The position numbers were made by a program, and so were the translations under genes. From the NCBI GenBank assembly GCA_000743035.1, contig CP008940.1, positions 1-32,000 of the forward strand: a DNA stretch of 32,000 nucleotides. Reading direction: 5' to 3'. The stretch's first letter is position 1. Every line of letters begins with the position of its first letter. Below, piece after piece: positions 8,456 through 18,240 of this stretch. The DNA comes from Candidatus Paracaedimonas acanthamoebae (GTDB lineage: Bacteria > Pseudomonadota > Alphaproteobacteria > Caedimonadales > Caedimonadaceae). Under the pieces are notes generated by a model. It did no database searches, had not been told where the DNA came from, and was given only the letters and a program-made list of their open reading frames with translations.

Positions 8456-10878
8456 TGATGGCTCCATTGGTGTTGTAAGTGGTTAACAAGTTTGACAGCC
8501 TCTGACCCTGAGCGATAAAGCTTAAGGTGAGGCCCTAAAGATGAAAGGTCACAATCTAGAATGACCGATTCATTAAAGCGCTTAACCAGCACTGAGTGTT
8601 TGAGAGATCTCGAGATCTTGCTCTCGCCTTTAATATAAGACCATTCAGACTCTGTAAGATCAAAATCAGCATAATCTTCTCTTTTAGCGGATGGATTAGG
8701 GAATAAAAATCTTGTTGGGCATTGATCTAAGACAACGGATGAGATGCCCGATTCTTTAAGGTCTTTAATGTTCTGGAAGCAGACATTAATGCTTCCTCTT
8801 AATTTGCGATGTTCTTTAAAAAAGACTCCGACAGAGGATTTAAAATAATGATCCTGAATAAGAGGCGCTGTTTCATCAATAAAAATAAAATGAGGGAGTG
8901 CTTCTTCGCGAATCACCCGCCTTATCCGATGAATAATGTATTGAGTTACAGTGTTGGCAACTTGAGGATTGGCTTGCACATCCGTCATCTCAAAGGCAAC
9001 AAGGCGATGCGAAGTAAGGTCCAAAGCATCGTAAGCCTCAATGTTACCGTTAAGTTCTTGGGATCCGTTAAACCAACCTCCTAAAGCGCCGCCCTCAGTC
9101 CAAGGAAGCAACCTTCTTTTAATTAAACTTTGAGCCGGAAAAAGATCCTCTATAAGATATTTTAAGAGCCTTTGTTCTTTAGGGACCTTGAAAAGAATTT
9201 GGATGGCTCTTTGAGCCACCTCCAGGCTCTCTTCGTCTTGAACACTTGCCATCATACATAAAAGCTGAGGAAGGAAGGATCTTTCTTGAGGGGTGTCCTC
9301 ACAATAAAAGGGATTAAGCAAAGAGGTGTTTTGATGGCTAAAATCTATATAGTTTCCCCCCATGCTTTGAGTAAAAATCCGGGTGCCATTAAACCGATCA
9401 AAGATATAAGCTCTTAAATTAGAGTGCCTTAATGCGCCCCCTATGAGATGCTGAAAGAAAGTTGTCTTGCCTGATCCTGCAGGCGCAATCACAATTGAAT
9501 TCGCCAAAGCTTCTTTTTCTTCTGAAGAATGGATTTGAAGAGCATAAGAAGAGCCTGATGAGGTTTTAAAAAGGCGTATAGGCCCCTCTCCCCAATCACA
9601 CCTTTGAAACCCTTGAGGTTCATGATCAAAAGAAAGAAGATGACTGATATTATGCGATAAAGGATGGGTTTGTCTTAAAAAAGATTCACTGCCTGGGAAC
9701 TGAGATCGCCAGGCATATTCAAGGGACGCTGTTTCTTGAATCGGGAGGGCCCCATAAGATTTAAAGATGCGTCTTGCTTCTTCACATAAAGTTGTTAATT
9801 CGTCATATGAATCTGAAATCAATACGATGGAACATTGATACCCATAAAGGGAGGCTTGATCCGAGGTAATCAGCTCTATGGCGGCATCAAACTCTTCCAT
9901 CACTTGATCATTGGGAAACAGATCTCCCAAAAGACTTCGTTGCTTCTTTTGATCCATGAGATAAAGAAGAGCTTTTGCTTTAGAAGTTCCTTTTAAAAGT
10001 TGGCAGATGATAAATTGACCTTTAAGAGAACTTAAATCTTTCATCAGCTGTGGGCTTGAGTTTTTGTCCCATTTATTAAGAGTTAAGATGGCTCCAAATC
10101 TTTTACCAAGTTCATCTTTCCACTCTATATTCCCCTTTTGAGTGTCAAACCCAACCTGACATGAGACCATTTGATCTGAGAGATGAGAGTTTAAAGGTTT
10201 TAAAGGCGCTGATCTTCCATGAATAAGATGTGACCAAAAACTTAAAAGAGGGCTTAAACTCCCATCATTTTTGATCATGTGAGGCTCTAAATCATGAAGG
10301 GCTTCAAGGGTAAGAGAAGTAGCTTCTCTTAAGATATGTTCATGAAAAGATGTTGTTTCAGTTTTTCTGCCATAAATCTTATCTCTTAGTTTGTCTAAAG
10401 AAGAAGGTAATTGAGGAGCCACACATAAGGTAATGTAATGATGATTGAGGAACGTCCGATCAAATTGTTCCATCCATTGATCATGGACTGATTGCAGCAC
10501 CTCAGTGTCATATGTTCCTTCTAGCGTGCGGGTGATCTCTTCTCGCGTTGTTAAGACTTTTATAATCACATTCATTTGAGCCAACTCGTCAAGCCACTTT
10601 TTTCTTTTTTCAAATAGATGATGAAGTTCATCAGAGGTTAAATTATCCGTATTTGTTCCCCTGATTTTAATAAGGCGAGAGAGCATTCCATTCTTGCTTT
10701 GAAGGGTTATCTTATCCTCCCACACTGAATCAAAAGGCAGCGTGTCTTTAAGATAAGTTTCCTCGAAAGATGGCGTGAGCTTTCTTTGTAAACGATTTGA
10801 TAAAGCAACGCCTGCTCCCAAAGCTAAGGCAGAGCTCCCAGCAGCTAAGGAGGCAATACTGACCCACTCATGCGCCAT
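8425..10878 (-). CDS. virB4: VirB4/TrbE-family T4SS ATPase
   Basis: 817 aa with Walker A APAGSGKTTF, a Walker B-like FIFIDETAP, and a length and position typical of VirB4. Confidence 0.95.
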   Translation of the reverse strand: MAHEWVSIASLAAGSSALALGAGVALSNRLQRKLTPSFEETYLKDTLPFDSVWEDKITLQSKNGMLSRLIKIRGTNTDNLTSDELHHLFEKRKKWLDELAQMNVIIKVLTTREEITRTLEGTYDTEVLQSVHDQWMEQFDRTFLNHHYITLCVAPQLPSSLDKLRDKIYGRKTETTSFHEHILREATSLTLEALHDLEPHMIKNDGSLSPLLSFWSHLIHGRSAPLKPLNSHLSDQMVSCQVGFDTQKGNIEWKDELGKRFGAILTLNKWDKNSSPQLMKDLSSLKGQFIICQLLKGTSKAKALLYLMDQKKQRSLLGDLFPNDQVMEEFDAAIELITSDQASLYGYQCSIVLISDSYDELTTLCEEARRIFKSYGALPIQETASLEYAWRSQFPGSESFLRQTHPLSHNISHLLSFDHEPQGFQRCDWGEGPIRLFKTSSGSSYALQIHSSEEKEALANSIVIAPAGSGKTTFFQHLIGGALRHSNLRAYIFDRFNGTRIFTQSMGGNYIDFSHQNTSLLNPFYCEDTPQERSFLPQLLCMMASVQDEESLEVAQRAIQILFKVPKEQRLLKYLIEDLFPAQSLIKRRLLPWTEGGALGGWFNGSQELNGNIEAYDALDLTSHRLVAFEMTDVQANPQVANTVTQYIIHRIRRVIREEALPHFIFIDETAPLIQDHYFKSSVGVFFKEHRKLRGSINVCFQNIKDLKESGISSVVLDQCPTRFLFPNPSAKREDYADFDLTESEWSYIKGESKISRSLKHSVLVKRFNESVILDCDLSSLGPHLKLYRSGSEAVKLVNHLQHQWSHQWVEKYLDAA

Positions 10879-11137
10879 AGAGATTGCCTCCTTGGGGTAG
10901 CTGCCGTTTTGTTCGCTTGTATTTAAAGCGAGCTCGCATCACTTCTACAAAATAAGGATCATAAGAGCTTAGAGCAATAACAGCTCCATGAGAGAGGATA
11001 TAAGCCCCAATGGCCACCATCTCATTTGTTAAGAACCATGTCATTCCTGCTATAATCATGGGTAAAGGAATGGCTGATTGTGACGCGCACAGCCTTTGAG
11101 GAGGTTCAGAGACAGAGGAAAGCACATAAGCTCTCAT
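10868..11137 (-). CDS. virB3: VirB3-family small membrane protein
   Basis: 89 aa with two hydrophobic segments (IPLPMIIAGMTWF, VAIGAYILSHGAVIAL), followed by DPYFVEVM and a basic tail. ATGA overlap with the virB2 stop and an 11-nt overlap with the virB4 start. Confidence 0.8.
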   Translation of the reverse strand: MRAYVLSSVSEPPQRLCASQSAIPLPMIIAGMTWFLTNEMVAIGAYILSHGAVIALSSYDPYFVEVMRARFKYKRTKRQLPQGGNLYGA

Positions 11138-11451
11138 CAGCTTCCCCCCATAAATTGAACAAGGATATTAATACCGATAAGCGCACACCCAACACCACAA
11201 ATGGAGCCAATCCATTTCCAGTTTCCTCCTTGATTCGTTAAGAACTTAAAAAGAGCTGCCACCAGCGCAACACCTACACACGCCTTACCAATTAAGATAA
11301 GGCCGTTCCTTAATTCTCCTAATTTCCCAGTAAAGACTTGAGAAAAGGCAAAGGCCGGATGGCTTTCAATCAAAAGATACACGCTCAAAGAGAGAGCTAA
11401 TGTATGCTCTGAAATTGAGTCCTTAGTTTTTTTAATAAAAGAGGTGATCAT
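11137..11451 (-). CDS. virB2: VirB2/TrbC-type pilin precursor
   Basis: 104 aa. A long leader ends in AFAFS, followed by two hydrophobic helices (ILIGKACVGVALVAALF, IGSICGVGCALIGINILV). It lies directly upstream of virB3. Confidence 0.75.
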   Translation of the reverse strand: MITSFIKKTKDSISEHTLALSLSVYLLIESHPAFAFSQVFTGKLGELRNGLILIGKACVGVALVAALFKFLTNQGGNWKWIGSICGVGCALIGINILVQFMGGS

Positions 11452-11456
11452 AGTTT

Positions 11457-12146
11457 CTAGTCTCCTTTGAGGGGGTTAATGTCATGAGTTGAAGATTGAT
11501 AAGCTTCATTGCGCATGAGGAGTTCTGAACGCAAGAGTTTTAATAAGAAAGGATGAAGGGTAAATTCTTCATCTTCGCTCACTTCTTTTGCCTCTATATC
11601 AATGAGGGAACTCAAGATCTGAATGACTTCATTGGGATTATGGTTAATCGCTTGATCCACCCATTCTTGATGGGGCTTCTTGTAAGAAGGCTCCCTTAAG
11701 AGCTGTTGTCTTAAGTCTTGTCTAAGCCATAAAGGAACTATTAACGTGATAAGTTTATGAATAAGGAGTTTTTTCTGCCAAGCTTGGGAGATAATCTCCA
11801 AATAATATTCTGTGACGTCAAAAGGCTTAATGGATTTTAAAGAAGTGCTTAAAAGCTTAAGATCTTTAAAAGCCTCATTCATGAGAAAATTAGCCGGCTT
11901 CTTAAGTTCTTTGTAGTGAGGCTCTTTAAGAGCAAGAAGGATGGCACGTCTTGCCAGATCATTATAAAGAAGAGCTTGTTGCTCAATAAGACTTCCAAAT
12001 TGAAGATTAGTGAGCTGAGAGTTCACTAAGTTAAGCGTCCACTCATGCTCTAAGATAAGAGCAAAAGAGGTCTCATAGCTCTCTTTAAGAGAGAGTGAAA
12101 AAGAAGATGAATTGTTCCCAATTTTGGGTATACTGACGTTGTACAT
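11457..12146 (-). CDS. Hypothetical helical protein; first gene of the T4SS operon
   Basis: 229-aa ORF whose stop lies 5 nt before the virB2 start. It has no signal peptide and I see no recognisable motif. Confidence 0.55.
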   Translation of the reverse strand: MYNVSIPKIGNNSSSFSLSLKESYETSFALILEHEWTLNLVNSQLTNLQFGSLIEQQALLYNDLARRAILLALKEPHYKELKKPANFLMNEAFKDLKLLSTSLKSIKPFDVTEYYLEIISQAWQKKLLIHKLITLIVPLWLRQDLRQQLLREPSYKKPHQEWVDQAINHNPNEVIQILSSLIDIEAKEVSEDEEFTLHPFLLKLLRSELLMRNEAYQSSTHDINPLKGD

Positions 12147-12177
12147 CAGGATTCCTTTCTTGATATCTGGTTGTACA

Positions 12178-12218
12178 GGAGTCCTGCGCTCAAGATTGGT
12201 TGTCCGGGCGCAGACTCC
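12178..12218 (-). promoter_or_regulatory. Intergenic hairpin between the DUF3310-like gene and the T4SS operon
   Basis: GGAGTCCTGCGC...GCGCAGACTCC forms an 11-bp stem with one bulge and an 18-nt loop. No U-tract follows on the minus strand, so it may be an attenuator or operator, or a weak terminator. Confidence 0.3.
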
Positions 12219-12236
12219 GCTTAATAAATTAAAGTT

Positions 12237-12506
12237 TTATTCCTTCAAATTTTTCTTCTTCTCTAATAATTTTATTCGCCTTTCTAAATACCAGATGGCC
12301 TTCTTCAAATCCTTGACCTCATCATGTTTACGCCCAGCTCTGGAGATGTATTTCAAGGCACATGCTAAGTGATGATTTAAGTTCCAGTCCTCAGTCACAC
12401 TTATAGGTTCTATGGTACGTCCCTCTACATAATGCTTAGGAGTGTTAATATCGGAGTCTTGTTCATCATTTGAGTGAGGCTGGATGAGGGATAGTTTTTG
12501 ATTCAT
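12237..12506 (-). CDS. DUF3310-like (phage-associated) small protein
   Basis: PKHYVEGRTIEPISVTEDWNLNHHLACALKYISRAGRKHDEVKDLKKAIWYLERRI matches my recollection of the DUF3310 pattern (HY...IE..dv...w.l.f.lgNalKYi.Rag.K....DL.KA.wYL). ATGA overlap with the upstream rep-like gene. Confidence 0.55.
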   Translation of the reverse strand: MNQKLSLIQPHSNDEQDSDINTPKHYVEGRTIEPISVTEDWNLNHHLACALKYISRAGRKHDEVKDLKKAIWYLERRIKLLEKKKNLKE

Positions 12507-13957
12507 GCGCTTACTCCATCTGATTTGAGATCATTGTATTTTAAATGCAGCTCCCTTGAAAAAGACCCAGCAGCTTTTAAACTTCCAGGATAAGTTAAGG
12601 GGGAGCTTCGAAGAACACTATGTTCCTCTGCATTTGATGCTGAAGGAACATCAAAACTCTTGTTGGATAAGGAAGTAGAAGGAGAGCTATTGGGGGACCC
12701 TCCTTCTACCAACTCTGACAAGGGGAGGATGTCAGAGTTTTGGGAAACTTCAATTTTAAGGTGATCAACTGAATAGCCTAAAGCTTCTTTTAAAGCTGAT
12801 AAGATCTGAGCTTTTAAGTTCTTGCTGACCCAGTCTCTTGCAAACAAAGTAGGAGAGTGAAGACAAACCTCTTCTTGGGTAAGAGAGACAATATCCATGT
12901 CTAAAAGCCATTGACGAATAAGGGAGACTTCAAGCTTATCAGTTAGAAGTAAACACACTTTCTTCCACAAAGGATGATGTGCAGAAGAGAGAATTTGTTG
13001 GCGTAATAATTCTTCTTTTTCTGCCTTATTTTCTTCACTCTTTGCTTCTGGAAGAAAGGCAATGCGATCGCCTAAGGTAAACTGGCCTGATTCAATTTTG
13101 TGAAAGGCCTCTTCCTTAATGGCCCAAGTCAGCCACGGTTTTTGAAAATGCTTACCACCCCCCTCCCCCATTAAGAACTTACTTGAGGCAATCTTCCTGC
13201 AATAGGATCTCCAAGTGACAAGAGAGGAGCCAAAAAGGCTTTGAAAGGCTTGATGAAGATTTATGACCAAAGAAGGGGTTAACTGGCTGATCTCAAGGAA
13301 GCCAATCTCTTCCATCCAAATTTCTTTCATCTCACTTGCAATGTTTTCTTTTTCTTCTTCTGCTGATCCACATGAGGAGGAGGATGGAGAAGAAGAAAGA
13401 GTAATCTCTGTGTGTAATCTCTTATCTATATTGTTCGCTAATTTTTTAACATTCGAATGTCCATTTTTGACGTTCGAATGTTGTGAACTTAACATTCGGG
13501 AGTTATGCGGGTTTTGAGGTAATGTGAAATCACTTAAAGGATAGCCAAGTGCAAATAAGCTTTCCTGTAGTTTAACGAGGTTCAGCCTATATTTGGTCGT
13601 TTTGTCCCATTTATTATCATCAAGATATGCCTCTTCGATAACCTCAAGGTCGACAAGGTTTTTTAAAACGGTGCGCATTGTTTGACGAGAAACTCCAAGC
13701 ATTGTTTCATCAGCTAGATCTTGAGCTGTTTTAATGATCCATCCATGTCTAAGATCAACATTACACTCTGGATTGCGGTTATGTTCTTCTTGTAAAAATT
13801 TATCAAAGTCATAAACACGTTTTGTCCAATAAATAAGCTGATGCAATACCACAGCAGCTTTGTAATCTTTAGTAAGGGCAACTAAGTCCTCTCTAATGAC
13901 CGACTTCATAATAGGACGAAGCTTAAGAAGTGAAGAAGCTGTATGAGGATAATGCAT
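12503..13957 (-). CDS. Replication-initiator candidate: N-terminal winged-helix-like region plus a C-terminal DnaA_N-like domain
   Basis: The C-terminal LWKKVCLLLTDKLEVSLIRQWLLDMDIVSLTQEEVCLHSPTLFARDWVSKNLKAQILSALKEALG follows the DnaA domain-I pattern (W..cl..L......f..Wi..l........l.l..PN.F..dWv...y...i...l). It is a paralog of the 19189-20457 gene. Confidence 0.6.
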   Translation of the reverse strand: MHYPHTASSLLKLRPIMKSVIREDLVALTKDYKAAVVLHQLIYWTKRVYDFDKFLQEEHNRNPECNVDLRHGWIIKTAQDLADETMLGVSRQTMRTVLKNLVDLEVIEEAYLDDNKWDKTTKYRLNLVKLQESLFALGYPLSDFTLPQNPHNSRMLSSQHSNVKNGHSNVKKLANNIDKRLHTEITLSSSPSSSSCGSAEEEKENIASEMKEIWMEEIGFLEISQLTPSLVINLHQAFQSLFGSSLVTWRSYCRKIASSKFLMGEGGGKHFQKPWLTWAIKEEAFHKIESGQFTLGDRIAFLPEAKSEENKAEKEELLRQQILSSAHHPLWKKVCLLLTDKLEVSLIRQWLLDMDIVSLTQEEVCLHSPTLFARDWVSKNLKAQILSALKEALGYSVDHLKIEVSQNSDILPLSELVEGGSPNSSPSTSLSNKSFDVPSASNAEEHSVLRSSPLTYPGSLKAAGSFSRELHLKYNDLKSDGVSA

Positions 13958-14127
13958 CTCTCTAATCCTTCTTGATATTCATGTGAAGAAGCCCAACAGG
14001 ATAAGAGGCCAAATTAAGGTATGCGCCTGATGCATAGGGGCCATAGGAATAATTCAGTGGACAAATATGTTGAATTGGTGCATACATAGGCATGTAAACC
14101 TTTCTTCATTGGTTGGTTTTACAAGAG

Positions 14128-14281
14128 GCCCGCAATGACGTCGAAATCAATGTGCGGGCTTCTCTAACTTATTTTCTTCATACAGCTCCGTCGCTACTTC
14201 CCTTAAAAAGGTTCCAGTAACCCTAAGATTACTGGGAAACAAGTTCACAGGGAGGCTTCTCGAGAAAACTTATTCTCGAGA
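14128..14281. promoter_or_regulatory. Structured leader or intergenic region upstream of the rep-like gene (three hairpins)
   Basis: Three hairpins: GCCCGCA/TGCGGGC (14128-14159), CCAGTAA/TTACTGG (14214-14235), and TCTCGAGAA/TTCTCGAGA (14258-14281; perfect 9-bp stem, 6-nt loop). The region is GC-richer than the AT-rich DNA that begins at about 14290. Confidence 0.35.
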
Positions 14282-14595
14282 CTTAACACGAGAGCCGTGC
14301 TAAATTTAATTTTCAAAGCTGAAATATAATTATTAAATTGAAAGTAGCGTAATAGATATAAAAGTTTATTATTTAAATTTTTATATAATTTTGTTCTACC
14401 ATTGCATTGATAATGCATATCCCACCCCTAATATTATTTTCCCAAATACTATTATTTCTTCCTAATCAAATATAAATATGCTTTTCTTACATATGTTTCT
14501 CTGTTGTATGTTAAAAAGATACACACAACATGTTTTGTGGTCAAGTATATTTTTAGAGTGTTTTGCGTAAAACGATATATATGGAATTAATTTAA

Positions 14596-15486
14596 ATGAA
14601 AATCAACGACTTAAATAAATTAATTTATTTTAAGGAAGCTGCTCAGTTACTTAGTTATACAAAAGCATCGAAAAAATTGGATACAACTCCGTCTAGCGTT
14701 CAGAGAGCTGTTAAAGGGCTAGAAGAGAACCTTGAGCACAAACTCTTCGTTCGTAAATCGAAAGGGCTTGCTTTAACATCTGAAGGAAAATTATACCTTG
14801 ATAGAGTATTAAAAGCTCTTAAAGAACTTCAGATTGCGGAAAAAGAACTAGAGTCTAAAAAACAAGATCCCTTAAATAAATTAAAAATTTTAACAACATT
14901 AGGCTTAGCTGCTGACTGGGTATATAAAGTTATACCTTTAATTCAAAATGATTACCCATCATTAAAAATTGAAATGTGCACCTCTAACTTAGAGGTATCA
15001 TTAGAAACTGAAGAGTTTGATATTTATCTAGGACCCAAGATTGAAACAGCGCTTTCTTATAAAAATAAATTCATAACTAATGTAGATTTTAAACTCTATG
15101 CAAGTAAGCTATACTTAGAAAGATATGGCTTTCCTAAGGACAAGAAAGAATTAAAAAAGCATAAGTTAATAAATTTTTCAGGTTCAAGCCAAACTTACTT
15201 TTCAAATACAAATGAGATATTTTCAGATTTAGGTGATTATGAAAATTATGATTTAACGGTCGACTTCTATTTGGTAGAGCGCAATCTTGTTTTGAGCAAT
15301 TTAGGTATTGCTTCAATTGCCAAAGATATAGTAGAGGCTACATATCCAGACTTAGTCGATATATTTCCATCAGAGAAACCACTGTCTGTTCCCATATATA
15401 TTTACTACTTAACAAAAAACTTAGATGAATCTAGAATTAAAGAAATATATAACAACCTTATTAAGGTCTCACCTTACCAACGTTAA
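14596..15486 (+). CDS. LysR-family transcriptional regulator
   Basis: The N-terminal HTH LIYFKEAAQLLSYTKASKKLDTTPSSVQRAVKGLEENLEHKLFVRKSKGLALTSEGKLYLD is the classic LysR pattern. The length of about 296 aa includes a substrate-binding-type C-terminal part. Confidence 0.85.
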   Translation: MKINDLNKLIYFKEAAQLLSYTKASKKLDTTPSSVQRAVKGLEENLEHKLFVRKSKGLALTSEGKLYLDRVLKALKELQIAEKELESKKQDPLNKLKILTTLGLAADWVYKVIPLIQNDYPSLKIEMCTSNLEVSLETEEFDIYLGPKIETALSYKNKFITNVDFKLYASKLYLERYGFPKDKKELKKHKLINFSGSSQTYFSNTNEIFSDLGDYENYDLTVDFYLVERNLVLSNLGIASIAKDIVEATYPDLVDIFPSEKPLSVPIYIYYLTKNLDESRIKEIYNNLIKVSPYQR

Positions 15487-15680
15487 AAATATTTTTGATT
15501 GTTGAGGTGATATTGTTTCGAAAACTACTTTTTGCATTTTCATCTCCTATGCGTTAATTTAGAGTATACATATCATATCTTTTAAATTAAGGCAAAATTA
15601 ATTAAAATTTGAGAATTTTTTGAATAAAATTCATTTTTCTATAAAAATTTATATGTTTAATACTAAAAATTATATATTTT

Positions 15681-16769
15681 TCAATTACTTTCTTGCTTGA
15701 TTAGGTTGTGGAGCCTTTGTGGGACAGCTATTTTTTTACCGTTGCCTATCCCTAGAAAGAAAAGAGGGGCAACACTTATACCATTAATATGTAATAGCTG
15801 TGAAACTTTAGTATCTTTAAACCAAGCTGTTTCCCAAGTTAGCAAGCTTAAAGTCGTTGCTGTAAGTAAAAATGTTTGGGAAACGTGCCCTGCATCAAGA
15901 TAGACATCTTTATAACTTCTTGAGTGTACATATTTATCCCACACTTTACTAAAATGAGCGACTAAAAATACACCAAAGCTTATTCCATCCCCAAAAAATT
16001 GCCCGCACAATACTTGTTTTAGTTGCTCATAAGAACACGGATTAGCAATCTTACTTAAGTAATGTCCTTTAACGTTGTAATGATAAATGCCTGCAGGGAT
16101 ATTTTCGACATTAAAAACAATAATATAAGCTTCTATAGGATGTAACCCCCCACCAGAAGGATGTGCCTTGCGCATTCCTAAGATTTTTAAATTTTTTTGT
16201 TTAAGTTCTTCCCATTCTCCATGAAGAGGTCCAAAATTTGCAAAAAGGAGAGTACTAAAATCTTTAATACTTACTCCAGTACCATTGAAATACCGAGAAG
16301 TCATCCTCTCTTTCATTGCTTTTAAAATACTGGAGTTATCTAATTTCTCTAGATCAGGTTTGGGAAGAGTTATTTTATTTCCTGTATACGATATGTAAGA
16401 ATATTCTTCGTGAGGTGTAAATCTTTTACAAAATTCATAATAATTTTTAATAAAACTTTCATCATTATTATCATCATCATCTTCCCCATAAACATCTTGA
16501 GTTCCAATATGATAAATAAGTCCTAATTCATCCCACTTCCATTCAATTTTTTCATAGGGCTTTAAGCTTAAAAGGTTACCATCTATTAGTTCATGATCAA
16601 TTCTAGAAATCTCTAAAGTTGTTAAACTTCCAGTTTGAGAGAATTCTTTTAATCTTTTGAAATAATCATCTTCAAGCATAAACTGAGTATGATGCTTATA
16701 GTCCCAAACATAGGTTTTTCCTTCTTTTAAAAGAAAAAAAATGTAAGGATTTAAATATAAATTTTTCAT
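15681..16769 (-). CDS. SagB/ThcOx-type dehydrogenase (nitroreductase superfamily) with an N-terminal extension
   Basis: The blocks RMTSRYF, RKAHPSGGGLHPIEAYIIV..IPAGIYHYN, SRSYKDVYLDAGHVSQTFLLTATTL and APLFFLGIG fit the SagB-type dehydrogenase domain pattern (R.S.R.f, PSgGg..p.E.Y, G.Y.Y, leaGh..qn). Confidence 0.75.
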   Translation of the reverse strand: MKNLYLNPYIFFLLKEGKTYVWDYKHHTQFMLEDDYFKRLKEFSQTGSLTTLEISRIDHELIDGNLLSLKPYEKIEWKWDELGLIYHIGTQDVYGEDDDDNNDESFIKNYYEFCKRFTPHEEYSYISYTGNKITLPKPDLEKLDNSSILKAMKERMTSRYFNGTGVSIKDFSTLLFANFGPLHGEWEELKQKNLKILGMRKAHPSGGGLHPIEAYIIVFNVENIPAGIYHYNVKGHYLSKIANPCSYEQLKQVLCGQFFGDGISFGVFLVAHFSKVWDKYVHSRSYKDVYLDAGHVSQTFLLTATTLSLLTWETAWFKDTKVSQLLHINGISVAPLFFLGIGNGKKIAVPQRLHNLIKQESN

Positions 16770-16804
16770 ACATTCTTTCCGAAATTATTTTTTTAAATTA
16801 GTGT

Positions 16805-17668
16805 TTATTTCTCGATTTTTTTTTGAAAGAAGGGCTTTATCTCTGCCCCTTTCGCAAAAAGAGTACCTATTATAATCAAACTCCCACCTAACAATTCCTT
16901 ATAGCTAGGCAAATACTGCCAAAACAGATAGCCGAGTAGAACTGACCATATAGCAGAGGTATATTCAAGAGGAGAGAGCTTAACAAGATCTTCTTTTCTG
17001 AAAGCGAGAATTAAAAAGTAAAATGCAAAAAAATGAAGGGCGGCGACCAAAAAGAATATTGGAAGGTCTTTAACCTCTAAAATTAAGTTTTTATATGCAA
17101 ATAAACCACTAGTTAAGAAGCAAACTATAATATATGCAGAATATAAAATTAATGGCTCTACATTTGAAAGTCGTTTTGTTACTACTGCAGCTGAAGCGTT
17201 GAATAATGTTGAAATAATAGCAAATGTTAACCCTAATCCTATTGAAAAATCTTCAAAGGGATACAGCATAATGATAACGCCTAACAAACTCAGCATCACA
17301 GAAATAATAATTATTTGAGAAAGCCTCTCATTTAAAAAAACCGCTGAAAGCAACGCAATAAATATAGGCGACATTAAAGCGACAAATTCATGAGAAGATA
17401 AAGACAGGTTTTTTAAACTGAAAAAAGTTAGAAATAAACCTGAAGCTGCAAAGAAGTTACGAAGTATATTAAGTTTTAATTGGGGTTTATATGCTTGTAC
17501 ACCTTTGAAAAACGTTACCCAAATTACAATCACCATACCTACAGAAGATCTAAAAAATATAATTTGAGCAGGTTCATATGAGTTTGTTAAATACTTACCA
17601 ACTGCTTCGCATAATGAATATAAGAAAACAGAACATAGCATTAAAACATATCCGGAAATTCTTATCAT
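16805..17668 (-). CDS. DMT-superfamily (EamA-like) transporter
   Basis: 287 aa with about 10 hydrophobic segments in two similar halves. The size and topology are typical of EamA/RhaT-type drug/metabolite transporters. Confidence 0.75.
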   Translation of the reverse strand: MIRISGYVLMLCSVFLYSLCEAVGKYLTNSYEPAQIIFFRSSVGMVIVIWVTFFKGVQAYKPQLKLNILRNFFAASGLFLTFFSLKNLSLSSHEFVALMSPIFIALLSAVFLNERLSQIIIISVMLSLLGVIIMLYPFEDFSIGLGLTFAIISTLFNASAAVVTKRLSNVEPLILYSAYIIVCFLTSGLFAYKNLILEVKDLPIFFLVAALHFFAFYFLILAFRKEDLVKLSPLEYTSAIWSVLLGYLFWQYLPSYKELLGGSLIIIGTLFAKGAEIKPFFQKKIEK

Positions 17669-18240
17669 ATACGTTATGTTTCCCCTAATAAATTAATGTA
17701 ATAAAATTTAACATAGTTTTTATGTGAAATGCATTTATTCAATAAATAACTTATAAAACTCTTATGCTTAAAAAAAAAATCAGAAAATATATAAATAAAG
17801 TTATACTTATTTTATAAGATCTATTTCCCTATTGATACGAGGTAAAATTGAAACTTAAGGTGCATCAAATATTAGATGATATTTTTTTGTTAAAATAGAA
17901 ATTGGTGGGGGTGACTGAGAGTCTTTAAGCCTTCCCTGTTTAATCTTCTCTTAGTTCTTCTATTTGGGTATTTATTATTTCTTTTTATTTTCCCTAAAGC
18001 TCCCTCCCCTATGAGCTTACTAGAACTGTATTTCTGAAGACTATGGCAGCCCCCTGCTGCCCTTACTAAATGTAGTATATAAGAATCATTTTAAAAATAT
18101 CAAGTAAAAAGTTATTGATTTCATTATGTTTTATCTCATTTCTTGCGATAAAAGACTTATATCTCATTTTTTAAAATATTAATGTATCGTTAATCAATTA
18201 GTAAGGTATTGTTAAGATTATATTAACTGTTTGTTAACCA

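Noticed and set aside
15469-15537. 22-codon minus-strand ORF (MQKVVFETISPQQSKIFLTLVR) with an AGGAG RBS downstream of the SagB-type gene, considered as a RiPP precursor
   Set aside because: Its core lacks the Cys/Ser/Thr richness expected of azoline-forming substrates. It overlaps the lysR 3' end, and no cyclodehydratase is present. It is most likely chance.
18043-18069. Mini-ORF MAAPCCPY overlapping a GGCAGC/GCTGCC hairpin in a locally GC-richer patch of the 17669-18240 spacer
   Set aside because: At 8 codons with no RBS it is too short to support. The hairpin lacks a T-tract. I could not match the patch to a tRNA or attachment site.
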